Shown one piece after another: positions 28,270 through 38,125 of a stretch of 64,000 nucleotides of DNA (position 1 is the stretch's first letter; each line of letters begins with the position of its first letter). The DNA comes from Candidatus Izemoplasmatales bacterium (GTDB lineage Bacteria > Bacillota_I > Bacilli_A > Izemoplasmatales > Hujiaoplasmataceae). The DNA lies in NCBI GenBank assembly GCA_050949045.1, contig JBMNEZ010000001.1, positions 320,001-384,000 of the forward strand, given 5' to 3'. The position numbers and the translations under genes are program-made. The notes below the pieces were generated by a model. The model saw only the letters and a list, made by a program, of their open reading frames with translations, searched no databases and was not told the origin of the DNA.

Positions 28270-29043
28270 TTATAATGAATTCTCAAATGATATTTGATGT
28301 GATTTTTTCAGCGACTCAATGTCCAAGAGGCTCGCCGCATCATTGTCAATGATGATGTGGACATTTGGATGGGTTCTCAGAGCGCTTGCGGGGCGGGACG
28401 GGCTAATTTCGCCTTCCGACATCATTTTGATCGCCTCGGCTTTTTGTTTTCCGAAAGCGATAAGCACGATTTGTTTTGCTTGGAGAATGTCGCGAATTCC
28501 CATGGTAATCCCTTTTTTTGGGACCATATCCACTGAGGGGAAAAATCTGGCGTTTGCAATGATAGTTGACTTTGTCAGGTCGACAACTTGTGTTCTCGAG
28601 GAGAATGAAGTGCCTGGTTCATTGAAACCGATATGGGAGTTCTGGCCAATGCCAAGAACCTGCAAATCTCGGGGAAGCGAGTCGATCAGTTTGTCGTAGC
28701 GGACACATTCCTGTTCTAGGTCGGGCGCAATGCCAGATGGCAAATGGCATCTATCCAAAGCTAGTCCCAACGGAGAAAACAAATGTTCGCTCATGAAAGT
28801 GTAGTACGATTGTGGATCATTTGGCGGTAATGTGACATACTCATCCAGGTTGATCGTCTGGATTTGATCATAGACAGTGCCACACTTCAGACGATCTTCG
28901 ACGATCAGTTGATAAACTCTAATTAGTGATTCACCCGTAGCCAATCCCAAAACGGCATCCCTTTTCGCCAATACTACAGTTTTTATGATTTTAAACGTTT
29001 CATGACTGGCAGCTTCTTTTGAGGACGAGATATGAAATATCAT
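28270..29043 (-). CDS. nagB: Glucosamine-6-phosphate deaminase
   Basis: LGLATG, NLDEY, LGIGQNSHIGFNEPG, ITMGI. Confidence 0.93.
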   Translation of the reverse strand: MIFHISSSKEAASHETFKIIKTVVLAKRDAVLGLATGESLIRVYQLIVEDRLKCGTVYDQIQTINLDEYVTLPPNDPQSYYTFMSEHLFSPLGLALDRCHLPSGIAPDLEQECVRYDKLIDSLPRDLQVLGIGQNSHIGFNEPGTSFSSRTQVVDLTKSTIIANARFFPSVDMVPKKGITMGIRDILQAKQIVLIAFGKQKAEAIKMMSEGEISPSRPASALRTHPNVHIIIDNDAASLLDIESLKKSHQISFENSL

Positions 29044-29125
29044 TTGGGATACTCCTTGTCAAAAAAACAATTATTTGAGAGACCGTGTAAAAAGCAATAC
29101 ATGGTTAATGTTATACTCTTAAAAA

Positions 29126-29155
29126 ATTATATCAATAATGAAGTGTGTTTGTCAA
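29126..29155 (-). promoter_or_regulatory. Sigma-A promoter of nagB
   Basis: TTGACA-18 nt-TATAAT on the minus strand. Confidence 0.75.
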
Positions 29156-29201
29156 TTTTTTGCTAGGGATTTTGGTTAATCCAGCAATTATGGCAATTAT
29201 A

Positions 29202-29230
29202 TTGAAAACAAGTCAACCTTGTGATAAAAT
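29202..29230 (+). promoter_or_regulatory. Sigma-A promoter of the E2-like gene
   Basis: TTGAAA-17 nt-TAAAAT with TG extension. Confidence 0.6.
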
Positions 29231-29258
29231 CAAATAAGTATTTTTAGGGGGTTAGGCA

Positions 29259-30125
29259 ATGTTTGGTATAAGAAGTGACGGAAAGCGCATTAAAACCATT
29301 GATCCGTTCATGAAAATCACGCCTCACATCATGGTTGAAAGATCCGATGCTCAGGTGATGTCGCTCTACGAGATCAACTGCAAGAAGATGGACGAGTATA
29401 TTTTCAAAAAACGCCATGAGGATAATCTGCGGTTTAATTACATGAATATCCTGATGGCTGCTTTTGTTAGAGTCTATGCTCTCCGGCCGGGCATCAACCG
29501 TTTCATCATGAACGGAAGGGTCTTCAAGCGCAACAACATCCAGATTTCTTTCGCTGTCAAGAAACAACTCCTTGACACCGCCGAAGAGACGACGATCAAG
29601 ATGACGTTCACCGGCAAGGAGAACATCTTTGACGTCAAAGAAATGATGGACCAGGAGATTGCTAAGAACACTACTAGATCCGCATACAACGAAACCGACA
29701 AACTCGCTAAGATTTTGACTAGGGTTCCCAACTTTTTAATCAAAATCTCCGTCGGCTTTTTGAAATGGTGCGACAAGCACGGCCTTTTGCCAAAATCAAT
29801 AATCAACGTCAGTCCTTTCCACACTTCTTTGTTTGTGACCAATATGAAATCGATCAAGATGGATTTCGTCTACCATCATCTATATAATTTCGGGACCACT
29901 TCCGCTTTTGTCTCGATGGGTAAGGAATCTTATCAACCAGTCGTCACCGACGCCGATAATGGCACTGTCGGCATCGCCAAGATCATGAAAGTCGGCATTG
30001 TCGTCGACGAACGTATCTGTGACGGTCTTTACAACAGCAATACGCTCAGAGAATTCAAGCGTTTGATGGAAAACCCTACGCTTTTAGAGGAACGTCTCGA
30101 AGCCATTGTCGAAGATATCAAATGA
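29259..30125 (+). CDS. Stand-alone 2-oxo-acid dehydrogenase E2/CAT-like acyltransferase domain protein
   Basis: PGINRFI, SLFVTNM.SI, VDERICDG, FKRLMENP; no lipoyl domain. Confidence 0.75.
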   Translation: MFGIRSDGKRIKTIDPFMKITPHIMVERSDAQVMSLYEINCKKMDEYIFKKRHEDNLRFNYMNILMAAFVRVYALRPGINRFIMNGRVFKRNNIQISFAVKKQLLDTAEETTIKMTFTGKENIFDVKEMMDQEIAKNTTRSAYNETDKLAKILTRVPNFLIKISVGFLKWCDKHGLLPKSIINVSPFHTSLFVTNMKSIKMDFVYHHLYNFGTTSAFVSMGKESYQPVVTDADNGTVGIAKIMKVGIVVDERICDGLYNSNTLREFKRLMENPTLLEERLEAIVEDIK

Positions 30126-30141
30126 CAACAATTTGAGGTGC

Positions 30142-30438
30142 ATGATGGTCAATATGCCTCTAGTAATAAAGTATGTGCCGCTTATCCTCGCAAGCGGAAG
30201 CCTCGGCGATATTCTGATCAAAGTTCTCGGGCTCTTAATCGGGATTGCATTCTTTTACATCGGGTTTCGCTTTTTATTTCGCAGCAAGCAAATTATCCAG
30301 GGAATCCAAAAGTATAAATACGACCGGGTGGCGCCACCAAGAAAAGAGGAAATCATCTTTTCTAGGATCATCGGTGTCTTGGTTATGCTATTGGGAGCCT
30401 ATTTCATTTTTATTGCGTCTCTGGCGCTTGCCAGTTGA
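30142..30438 (+). CDS. Small hypothetical membrane protein (2 TM)
   Basis: Two hydrophobic helices; GAGGTG RBS at about 30136; start uncertain. Confidence 0.6.
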   Translation: MMVNMPLVIKYVPLILASGSLGDILIKVLGLLIGIAFFYIGFRFLFRSKQIIQGIQKYKYDRVAPPRKEEIIFSRIIGVLVMLLGAYFIFIASLALAS

Positions 30439-30544
30439 TTTTCGATTGGGAAAAACAGTTGCCTATTCAAGGGCTGTTTGTTACAATTGGATGTGCTGGA
30501 TGTGGATGTAACGGCAAATTGGGTTGCGGAAAAGGTGTGAGGAC

Positions 30545-30734
30545 ATGAACGCTGTCAGGGTAAACAAGCTTAAGAAAACATTTGGTGGCTCACTCCTATT
30601 TGGACCAGGTTTCTTTTCAACTAAACGACCGCGACAAAGTTGCCCTCGTTGGTGGCAATGACACCGGGAAGTCCGCGCTCTTGCGTATGCTTATTGGAGA
30701 GGAAGCCCCAGATTCTGGGACTTTTTTGTTTTAA
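30545..30734 (+). pseudogene. ABC-F family ATPase 5' remnant, frameshifted and truncated
   Basis: MNAVRVNKLKKTFGGSLLF / +1 shift / DQVSFQLNDRDKVALVGGNDTGKSALLRMLIGEEAPDSGTFLF*; decayed Walker A. Confidence 0.75.
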
Positions 30735-31089
30735 TAACGCTTGTAGGAAATCTCTTTGACAAGATGTCTTGAGTGACAAAGCCAACAGTTTGCTTGAAAA
30801 AACGCTTTGGCCTTCATAGACTTGCTTAGAATTTAAGATGAGATCAAGATTGATGTAAAAGACATGGAAAAGACGATTTATCGGGAAGTAAGATGTTGAT
30901 CGATGCCTTTGAAGCAGAAACAAAAGCATCGATCAGCAAAAGGAAATAATTGAATCATAATCAAAACTATTTGGCGACATCCTCGCTTGGCTATGATAAA
31001 ATATATAAATAACCAACTGTTATTATTAATCAAGTGACAAAGCCAGTATCTATCCATGCTTGGACAAGCATCCCCAGGGAGGGCATACC

Positions 31090-32799
31090 ATGATCGCAAA
31101 AATCAAAAAACAACTTCAAATTGAACTCGAAAGAGAGATCTCTGAACGTTTTTCAGTCAGCGCTCCCATCGTTGTTGAAGAGCCGAAAAGAGCCAATCAG
31201 GGCGATATTTCAGTCCCGGTGTTTCCGCTTGTCCGCACTTTGTCAAGACCGCTCGCAGAAGTGATCGATTTAGTTGGCGGTTTAATTAAAAGTTGTTCAA
31301 TCAGCGACTATTTCGAAAGCATCGAAACCATCCATGGTTTCATCAACATCACCTTCAAGAAGCAAAGGATCGCCCTCGGCGTGATCTCCGACTTCAAAGC
31401 CGGATTTGAGGATTTTTCTAAAAGTTCCATTGGCAAGGGCAAAGTCGTTTGCATCGACTACTCATCTCCTAATCTCGCCAGATCTTTCTCGATCGGCCAT
31501 CTTCGATCGACGATCATCGGGCACGCTCTGGGAAATATTCTTGAAAAATGCGGTTATCGAATCGTTAGGATCAACCATCTTGGCGATTTCGGCACGCAGT
31601 TTGGGAAAATCATCTATGCCTATCTCCATTACGGTTCTGAACCCGCGGTCAAGAAAAACCCGATTGCCGAACTTGAAAGGCTTTATGTCTTGTTTCATGA
31701 AAAAGCGAAGGAAAATCCCGAACTCGAGGACAGGGCAAGAGAAATCTTCCGCGATCTCGAACTAAACGATCCCCGCTACTGTGAATTGTGGTCTTGGTTC
31801 CGGGAGGTTTCGCTCAACGAATACAAGAAAGTCTATCGGAAACTGGGCGTCAGCTTCGATTCATATGACGGCGAGGCCTTTTATAACGACAAGATGGGCA
31901 AAGTCATCGAGGAACTGAAAGAAAAAGGACTTTTGGTCGAAGATGAGGGAGCGATGATTGTCGGTCTCGGCGATTCGCTGCCGCCGGCATTGATCCAGAA
32001 AAGCGATGGCTCGACGCTTTATATCACCAGAGATCTCGCGGCGCTGTTTTACCGCAAAAGAACCTATGACTTTGATAAGTGCCTTTATGTTGTCGGCAAT
32101 GAGCAGAAACTCCACTTCGAGCAACTGAAGCGTGTAGTTGAATTAATGGGCTATCCCTACAGCGAAGATATCGTCCACGTCAATTTCGGGCTTGTGCTCC
32201 AGGATGGAAAGAAGATGTCGACCAGAAAAGGCAAGACTATCAAACTGATCAATGTTCTCGACGAGGCGGTGGCCTTGAGTCTCGAGTACATCAAGGAAAA
32301 AAATCCGGATTTACTGGACAAGGAAGCAATCGCTGAGAAGGTTGGCGTCAGCGCCGTCATTTTCAACGATCTAAAAAACTTCCGTGGCAACGATTTTGAG
32401 TTCAATCTTCAAGACATGGTCAATTTCTTTGGCCAGACCGGGCCCTATCTCCAATACACTTCGGTCCGGATCAACTCGATCTTATCACAGGCCAACTTTA
32501 TCTTTAGCGGTGATGTGGATGGTGTTTGGTTCGAACAGGACCATGTCTATGAACTGATGAAGACGATTGATGCCTATCCCGAAATCATTGAGAGGAGCGC
32601 AGTCGAATACGCTCCCAATCTGCTCAGTAAATATCTGTTGAACCTGGCGAGCCTGTTCAACACGCTCTATGGGAAGGAGCGGATCCTCGTCGAGGACCAA
32701 AAAGAACAACAAACCAAACTTCATCTGCTTTTTATGGTCAAAGCCATCCTTGACGATGGCATGAAGCTCCTGGGAATGCAGATCATCGAACGCATGTAA
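31090..32799 (+). CDS. argS: Arginine--tRNA ligase
   Basis: IDYSSPN..FSIGHLRST, NHLGDFGTQFG, KSDG..LYITRD, KMSTRKG, TGPYLQY, terminal ERM. Confidence 0.97.
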   Translation: MIAKIKKQLQIELEREISERFSVSAPIVVEEPKRANQGDISVPVFPLVRTLSRPLAEVIDLVGGLIKSCSISDYFESIETIHGFINITFKKQRIALGVISDFKAGFEDFSKSSIGKGKVVCIDYSSPNLARSFSIGHLRSTIIGHALGNILEKCGYRIVRINHLGDFGTQFGKIIYAYLHYGSEPAVKKNPIAELERLYVLFHEKAKENPELEDRAREIFRDLELNDPRYCELWSWFREVSLNEYKKVYRKLGVSFDSYDGEAFYNDKMGKVIEELKEKGLLVEDEGAMIVGLGDSLPPALIQKSDGSTLYITRDLAALFYRKRTYDFDKCLYVVGNEQKLHFEQLKRVVELMGYPYSEDIVHVNFGLVLQDGKKMSTRKGKTIKLINVLDEAVALSLEYIKEKNPDLLDKEAIAEKVGVSAVIFNDLKNFRGNDFEFNLQDMVNFFGQTGPYLQYTSVRINSILSQANFIFSGDVDGVWFEQDHVYELMKTIDAYPEIIERSAVEYAPNLLSKYLLNLASLFNTLYGKERILVEDQKEQQTKLHLLFMVKAILDDGMKLLGMQIIERM

Positions 32800-32835
32800 C
32801 AAACTACCTAGAACCTCCATATCAATGAAAACGAG

Positions 32836-34704
32836 GTGAAAGATATGGAAGCGAAATCAATCGAAACAAAAACAAAAAAGAAAGTGGGCAAATTGTTGGT
32901 CCTGATGTTCAAATGGATCGGACGGCACTGGCCCCTCATGATAATCTCTTTGATTCTCCTTGCGATAATAACTTATTTACGGTCAATCATTCCCCTTTTC
33001 GGGCAGTATATCATCGATGTCATCCTGAAATACAGCGATGAAGGTTCGACCTTGCCAATGTTCCTGCAAGAGCTGATTAGCGCCGATACCCAGGCAAAAC
33101 AACTATTGTTGGCTGCTATCGTGCTGGTGGGCGTTGAACTGTTCCGATCAATCTTGATCTTCCTGAGGCGAACCTCGGCTGGTTTCTTCGCCGAAAGTGT
33201 AGCCTATGATCTTAGAAACAACCTCTATCGCAAACTCCAAAATCTTGACCACTCCTTCCATGCCCACGCCGAAACCGGTGATATCATCCAACGGGTGACG
33301 ACCGATGTCGAAGCCTACAAGCGATTCATCAGCGACCAAATCGTCGAAGTGCTCCGGCTTTTATTGGTTGTGGGTTTTGCGATCTGGCAGATGGCGAAAT
33401 TCAATGTCTCGCTGATGCTGATCTCCCTAATCATTTCACCAGTATTGTTCGTGGTTGCGATATTCTACTTTCGCAAAGTCAAGAAACTCTTTGAGGCCGT
33501 CGAGAGTAATGAAGCAAAGATGACGACCCATGTCCAGGAAAATGTCAGCGGCGCCCGGGTCGTCAAGGCTTTCGCCAACGAAAAATTTGAAATCGACAAA
33601 TTTGAAGATTTGAACCGGAAATTCACCGATTCGGACTTCCGACTGGCGAAGAGAGCGGCCCTTTTCTGGTCCGTAACCGATGTCATCTGTTTTGCCCAGT
33701 TTTGCGTGATCGCCGTTGCTGGAATTGTTTTCACGGTTAAGGGAAACATTTCGATCGGTGTCTACACGGCTTTTCTGGCTTATTCCGGCAACATTATCTG
33801 GCCGATGCGTCGGCTCGGGCGGCTTGTCAGCGAATTCTCGAAAGCGACCGTGGCGGTCTCAAGACTCGATGACATTCTCCATAGAGAAGACGAATATCAG
33901 TTAAGCAACGGAACTCTGACCCCAGACATCAAGGGTGATGTCAGGTTTGAAGGAGTCTCCTTCAAATTTAGCGATTCCAATTACCACCAACTCGAGAACA
34001 TCAACTTTTCCGTCAAGCGGGGCGAGACGGTCGCAATCATCGGCAAGACCGGCAGCGGCAAGTCGACTTTGATGAAATTGCTCGTGAGGCTGCTCGACTA
34101 CCAGGATGGCTCCATTTTTATCGATGATGTGCTGCTTTCTGAAATCGAGAAACATCACCTGAGGCAGAATGTCGGGTTCATTCTCCAAGAGCCGTTTTTG
34201 TTTTCAAAGACGGTTGCCGAAAATATCGGCATTGTCGACCACAAACAGAATGACATTTCTAGGGTTCAGGAAGTTGCCAAGATCGCTCATGTCCATCAGG
34301 ATATCGTTCACTTTGAGAAAGGCTATGAAACCTTGGTCGGCGAACGGGGAATCACCCTTTCGGGAGGCCAGAAGCAGCGGGTTGCGATCGCAAGGATGCT
34401 CTTGAAACCCAAACCGATCCTGATCTTTGACGACAGTCTGTCCGCCGTCGACACCGAGACCGACATCCAGATCCGCAATGCGCTTAAGCGCGAGTGGAAG
34501 GATTCAACGGTTTTTATCATCACCCACAGGATCACGACAGCCAAAGAGGCTAATCGGATCTTTGTTCTTGACCATGGCCGGATCGTAGAATCCGGCTCCC
34601 ATAAGGAACTCATCAAAAGAAAAGGCCTGTACCGTTCGATTTGGGAGATCCAGTCCCGCATCGACTATCAGGTCGAAGGAGGTGAGGACGATGAGCGAAT
34701 TTGA
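32836..34704 (+). CDS. ABC exporter subunit (TMD+NBD), degenerate-site half
   Basis: 6-TM domain, GKTGSGKS, LSGGQKQR, Walker B ILIFDDS (Asp instead of the catalytic Glu). Confidence 0.92.
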   Translation: MKDMEAKSIETKTKKKVGKLLVLMFKWIGRHWPLMIISLILLAIITYLRSIIPLFGQYIIDVILKYSDEGSTLPMFLQELISADTQAKQLLLAAIVLVGVELFRSILIFLRRTSAGFFAESVAYDLRNNLYRKLQNLDHSFHAHAETGDIIQRVTTDVEAYKRFISDQIVEVLRLLLVVGFAIWQMAKFNVSLMLISLIISPVLFVVAIFYFRKVKKLFEAVESNEAKMTTHVQENVSGARVVKAFANEKFEIDKFEDLNRKFTDSDFRLAKRAALFWSVTDVICFAQFCVIAVAGIVFTVKGNISIGVYTAFLAYSGNIIWPMRRLGRLVSEFSKATVAVSRLDDILHREDEYQLSNGTLTPDIKGDVRFEGVSFKFSDSNYHQLENINFSVKRGETVAIIGKTGSGKSTLMKLLVRLLDYQDGSIFIDDVLLSEIEKHHLRQNVGFILQEPFLFSKTVAENIGIVDHKQNDISRVQEVAKIAHVHQDIVHFEKGYETLVGERGITLSGGQKQRVAIARMLLKPKPILIFDDSLSAVDTETDIQIRNALKREWKDSTVFIITHRITTAKEANRIFVLDHGRIVESGSHKELIKRKGLYRSIWEIQSRIDYQVEGGEDDERI

Positions 34705-36541
34705 TTTCGATGAGGAGAGCTTTTCATCGATGAAGCTTGATTTGAAGGTTTGGAGGAAAATCTTCAGTTTCATGAAACCTCTCAAAAAATATGTCATCCT
34801 CGGGGTGCTTGCAATTGGCTTATTGGCGGTTACTGATGTCATCTACCCCTACATCACCAAGTTTGCGATTGATGAAATCATCACGCCGAACATCGGCGCA
34901 ATCGATCCCGACATGAGCAAACTGAAACTGTTCATCGGTCTCTACGCAATCTTTATAGTCTTTCAGGCGGTCATGGTGTATTTCTTTATTTTCTTTGCGG
35001 GAAAGGTTCAAGTCGAACTGGCTTTCAATATTCGTAAGAAGGCTTTCCATCATTTGCAGGAGTTGCCGTTTTCCTATTATGACCGGACTCGCACCGGTTG
35101 GATCATGGCGCGGATGACTTCGGATTCACGGAATCTCTCCGACATTCTTTCCTGGGGCATCATCGATTTCTCATGGAGCGTGATTTTGATGGTGTTTCTC
35201 GTCATCTTCATGTTCATCTTGAATTGGCAACTTGCCCTCATTGCGATCGCGATTGTTCCTATCCTGGCGCTTGTCAGTTCTTACTTCAGAAGGCATATTC
35301 TCAAAGCGTACCGCTCGATTCGAAGAGTCAATTCCAAGATCACAGGCGCCTACAATGAAGGTTTAACGGGGGCGATCACGACCAAGACATTGGTATTAGA
35401 AGAAGCCAATTTCCGCGATTTTGATGATTTGACTTCCAATATGCGAAGGCAATCGATCAAAGCCGCCATGTTTCATGGACTTTATTTGCCGACAGTCATT
35501 TTTCTGATCTCGATCGGGATTGCTTTGGTTTACTATCAGGGCGGCCGGCTGGTGCTGTTCGATGCCATCTCGGTCGGCACTTTGTATCTGTTTTCGAGTT
35601 ATGTTTGGCAGTTCTTCGAACCCATAAACAACATCGTGACAATTTACGCCGAGTTCCAACAAGCACAAGCGTCCGCCGAGCGGATCGTCTCGCTGATCGA
35701 AACTGAACCCGACATCGTCGATACAAAGGAGGTCATTGAAAAATATGGGACCCTGTTCGAATACAAGTTGGAGAACTTTGAACCGCTTCACGGCGATATC
35801 GAGTTTCAGAATGTCAGTTTTAAATACCATGTCGGCGAACAGGTCCTCACCGATTTCTCACTCAAAGTCAAAGCGGGAGAGTCGATTGCCTTGGTCGGTC
35901 AAACCGGCTCCGGCAAAACGACGATCGTGAATCTGATTTGCCGGTTCTACGAACCCACTTCGGGAAGAATTCTGATTGACGGCGTCGATTACAAAGAACG
36001 AAGCCTTGGTTGGCTTCATTCGAATCTCGGCTATGTTTTGCAGGATCCACACCTTTTTTCGGGATCAGTAATGGAAAATATCCGCTACGGCAAGCTGAGC
36101 GCCACGGATGAGGAGGTAATCGCCGCCGCCAAGACCGTTGAGGCCCACGAGTTTATCATGAAATTTGAGAAGGGCTATGACACGGAGTGCGGTGAGGGCG
36201 GATCGAGGCTGTCGGTCGGACAAAAACAGCTGGTTTCATTTGCCAGGGCGGTTCTCGCCGATCCCAAGATTCTGGTTCTCGACGAAGCGACTTCATCGGT
36301 CGATACTGAAACTGAGAAAATGATCCAGACCGCGATCAGCCGCCTGTTAAGGGGAAGGACTTCCTTCATTGTCGCCCACCGGCTGTCGACGATCGTTGGC
36401 AGCGACCGGATTCTGGTAATCGACAACGGCAAAGTCATCGAAGCCGGCAAACACCGGCAATTGATCGAAGAGAAGGGCTATTACTACAAACTGTACACCA
36501 ACCAGTATTCCGAGGAAATGCTCGAACTATCCAAACATTGA
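34691..36541 (+). CDS. ABC exporter subunit (TMD+NBD), heterodimer partner
   Basis: GQTGSGKTT, LSVGQKQ, LVLDEATS, VAHRLST. Confidence 0.92.
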   Translation: MSEFDFDEESFSSMKLDLKVWRKIFSFMKPLKKYVILGVLAIGLLAVTDVIYPYITKFAIDEIITPNIGAIDPDMSKLKLFIGLYAIFIVFQAVMVYFFIFFAGKVQVELAFNIRKKAFHHLQELPFSYYDRTRTGWIMARMTSDSRNLSDILSWGIIDFSWSVILMVFLVIFMFILNWQLALIAIAIVPILALVSSYFRRHILKAYRSIRRVNSKITGAYNEGLTGAITTKTLVLEEANFRDFDDLTSNMRRQSIKAAMFHGLYLPTVIFLISIGIALVYYQGGRLVLFDAISVGTLYLFSSYVWQFFEPINNIVTIYAEFQQAQASAERIVSLIETEPDIVDTKEVIEKYGTLFEYKLENFEPLHGDIEFQNVSFKYHVGEQVLTDFSLKVKAGESIALVGQTGSGKTTIVNLICRFYEPTSGRILIDGVDYKERSLGWLHSNLGYVLQDPHLFSGSVMENIRYGKLSATDEEVIAAAKTVEAHEFIMKFEKGYDTECGEGGSRLSVGQKQLVSFARAVLADPKILVLDEATSSVDTETEKMIQTAISRLLRGRTSFIVAHRLSTIVGSDRILVIDNGKVIEAGKHRQLIEEKGYYYKLYTNQYSEEMLELSKH

Positions 36542-36546
36542 TTAAG

Positions 36547-36577
36547 GACGCGGCCGTGACGAACACGGCCGCGTTTC
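36547..36577 (+). terminator. Intrinsic terminator after the ABC pair
   Basis: GACGCGGCCGTG-ACGAA-CACGGCCGCGTTT. Confidence 0.85.
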
Positions 36578-36633
36578 TTCAAGAAAAAAGTTCTTTTCTT
36601 TTTGACAAAATGGTGTATAATTATTAATGCTAT

Positions 36634-36720
36634 GCCGGTGTGGTGGAATTGGTAGACACGATGGACTCAAAATCCATTGCCCTCAAAAGCATGTCGGTTC
36701 GAGTCCGACCACCGGTACCA
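36634..36720 (+). tRNA. tRNA-Leu (anticodon CAA)
   Basis: GCCGGTG/CACCGGT acceptor stem, D-loop GG, ATGGA-CTCAAAA-TCCAT anticodon arm, long variable arm, GGTTCGAGTCC T-arm, encoded CCA. Confidence 0.97.
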
Positions 36721-36915
36721 TAAAGCAAAGCAACCATCGGATTTCATTGACTGACTTCGGTTCTATGAAACCTGTGATTCAATCTGGCAGATGTTCCGGA
36801 TTGTTCTCAAAAAATCAATTTTTGACTGTGATTCTGGTGTTTTAACAGACGATGACAAATTCAAGGCCACGGTTATAGAACAACTGAAGATTTATAACGG
36901 ATACGAAAAGATGAG

Positions 36916-36940
36916 TGCTCAGTTTGCCTGAGCCTTTTTT
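36916..36940. terminator. Terminator between the tRNA transcript and the convergent anti-sigma gene
   Basis: GCTCAG-TTTGC-CTGAGC followed by CTTTTTT. Confidence 0.55.
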
Positions 36941-36961
36941 ATGCAATTTGTCCGGAAGTTG

Positions 36962-38125
36962 CTAGATGAAATTGCCATGATCGGGATTGCGGTTGCCGGG
37001 GCGTCGTTTAGAATTTTTCGAATCGTTTCCTTCATCTTCTTCGGTGGAAGCGCCTTCGCCAATACCACCGGCAGTTGTGCTTTTTCTCCTGCGTTTGCCT
37101 TGATATTCTCCGTGAGCGGTGCCGGAGGCGTTGTGGACCCGGTAGCGGTAGGAATAGACGCTTTGTTCTTCATCGTAAACAAGGCCGACATCGATGGTGC
37201 CGTTTTCAGTCTCGCCGTCACTGATCTCATAGCGGATCGAAAGCGCTTTTTGGGCGCGGTTCTTCTCCACCTTGAACTTTAGGTTTTTACCATGGGAAGC
37301 ATAGGATATTTCAGCGCGAAGCGTTCTTTTGGTGGCATGGAGTTTGATCATTGAAGCATTTTTGATTTCGCTTGATTGGACGATGCGATAACTAAAGATC
37401 TGGTTGGCAGTAGTCGAGACATCGTCGATCTCGACATAGTTTTCGGTATCGATCTCAACTTTGAAAGTGCTTCTGACTGTCGCCGTCTCATCGAGGCTGA
37501 TCTCCCCCGCAGCAATGTATTCATCTTCGAGGAAAGTGATCACTCCCTGATAGACGCGCTTGCCATCATTCTCATGGACGTTATAGTAAAAACGATAACT
37601 GATGTCTTCACCGGCTAGCCCCTGTCCCTGGAAACTGATCATCGTTTCATAAGCGATGTTATCGGATCCCTGCAAGGTGTAGGTCAGTTCGTTTTCACTT
37701 CCCAGAGTGATCTCGAGCATATTGATGTAAGCGTTGATGGTATCGATTTCGCTGGAGATTGCGGATTCACTCGGGGTATCTGGCGAGGAAAGCAGAGAGT
37801 AGTGAAGTTTAAGCGGATCGATGCTTTCAAGCAGGGTCGCCGCCGATAAGGTCTGATAGCCGATGATCTCCGCTTCCGTTTCAAGCGGAGTGTAGTTGGG
37901 GACGTTCACGGATGAGAGTTTCGTCATCGCCCAAAAGAGGCCGATGAAGACGAGCAAAGAAGCAAGGGAGTAGACGAGGACTCTCTGGAATGTGAATCGC
38001 GGTTTTTTTAATGGTTCAGCTTCGGGGACGATTTCGATTTTATCGAGAGGAATCCGTTCAAAAACAGCGGGAAGATCTTTCTCGGCTGCTTCATTGATCA
38101 GCCGGAACAAATCCTTATTCTTCAT
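36962..38125 (-). CDS. Putative single-pass anti-sigma factor
   Basis: Overlaps the 3' end of the ECF sigma gene; short N-terminal domain, one TM (LVYSLASLLVFIGLFWAM), large C-terminal domain. Confidence 0.6.
   Translation of the reverse strand: MKNKDLFRLINEAAEKDLPAVFERIPLDKIEIVPEAEPLKKPRFTFQRVLVYSLASLLVFIGLFWAMTKLSSVNVPNYTPLETEAEIIGYQTLSAATLLESIDPLKLHYSLLSSPDTPSESAISSEIDTINAYINMLEITLGSENELTYTLQGSDNIAYETMISFQGQGLAGEDISYRFYYNVHENDGKRVYQGVITFLEDEYIAAGEISLDETATVRSTFKVEIDTENYVEIDDVSTTANQIFSYRIVQSSEIKNASMIKLHATKRTLRAEISYASHGKNLKFKVEKNRAQKALSIRYEISDGETENGTIDVGLVYDEEQSVYSYRYRVHNASGTAHGEYQGKRRRKSTTAGGIGEGASTEEDEGNDSKNSKRRPGNRNPDHGNFI

Noticed and set aside
30980..31089. Possible T-box upstream of argS
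   Set aside because: No GGTGGNACC T-box motif or terminator; only a small hairpin (ATGCTTG/CAAGCAT).
36602..36621. TTGACA and TATAAT upstream of tRNA-Leu
   Set aside because: The spacer is only 8 nt, so they cannot form one promoter; only the -10 is likely functional.
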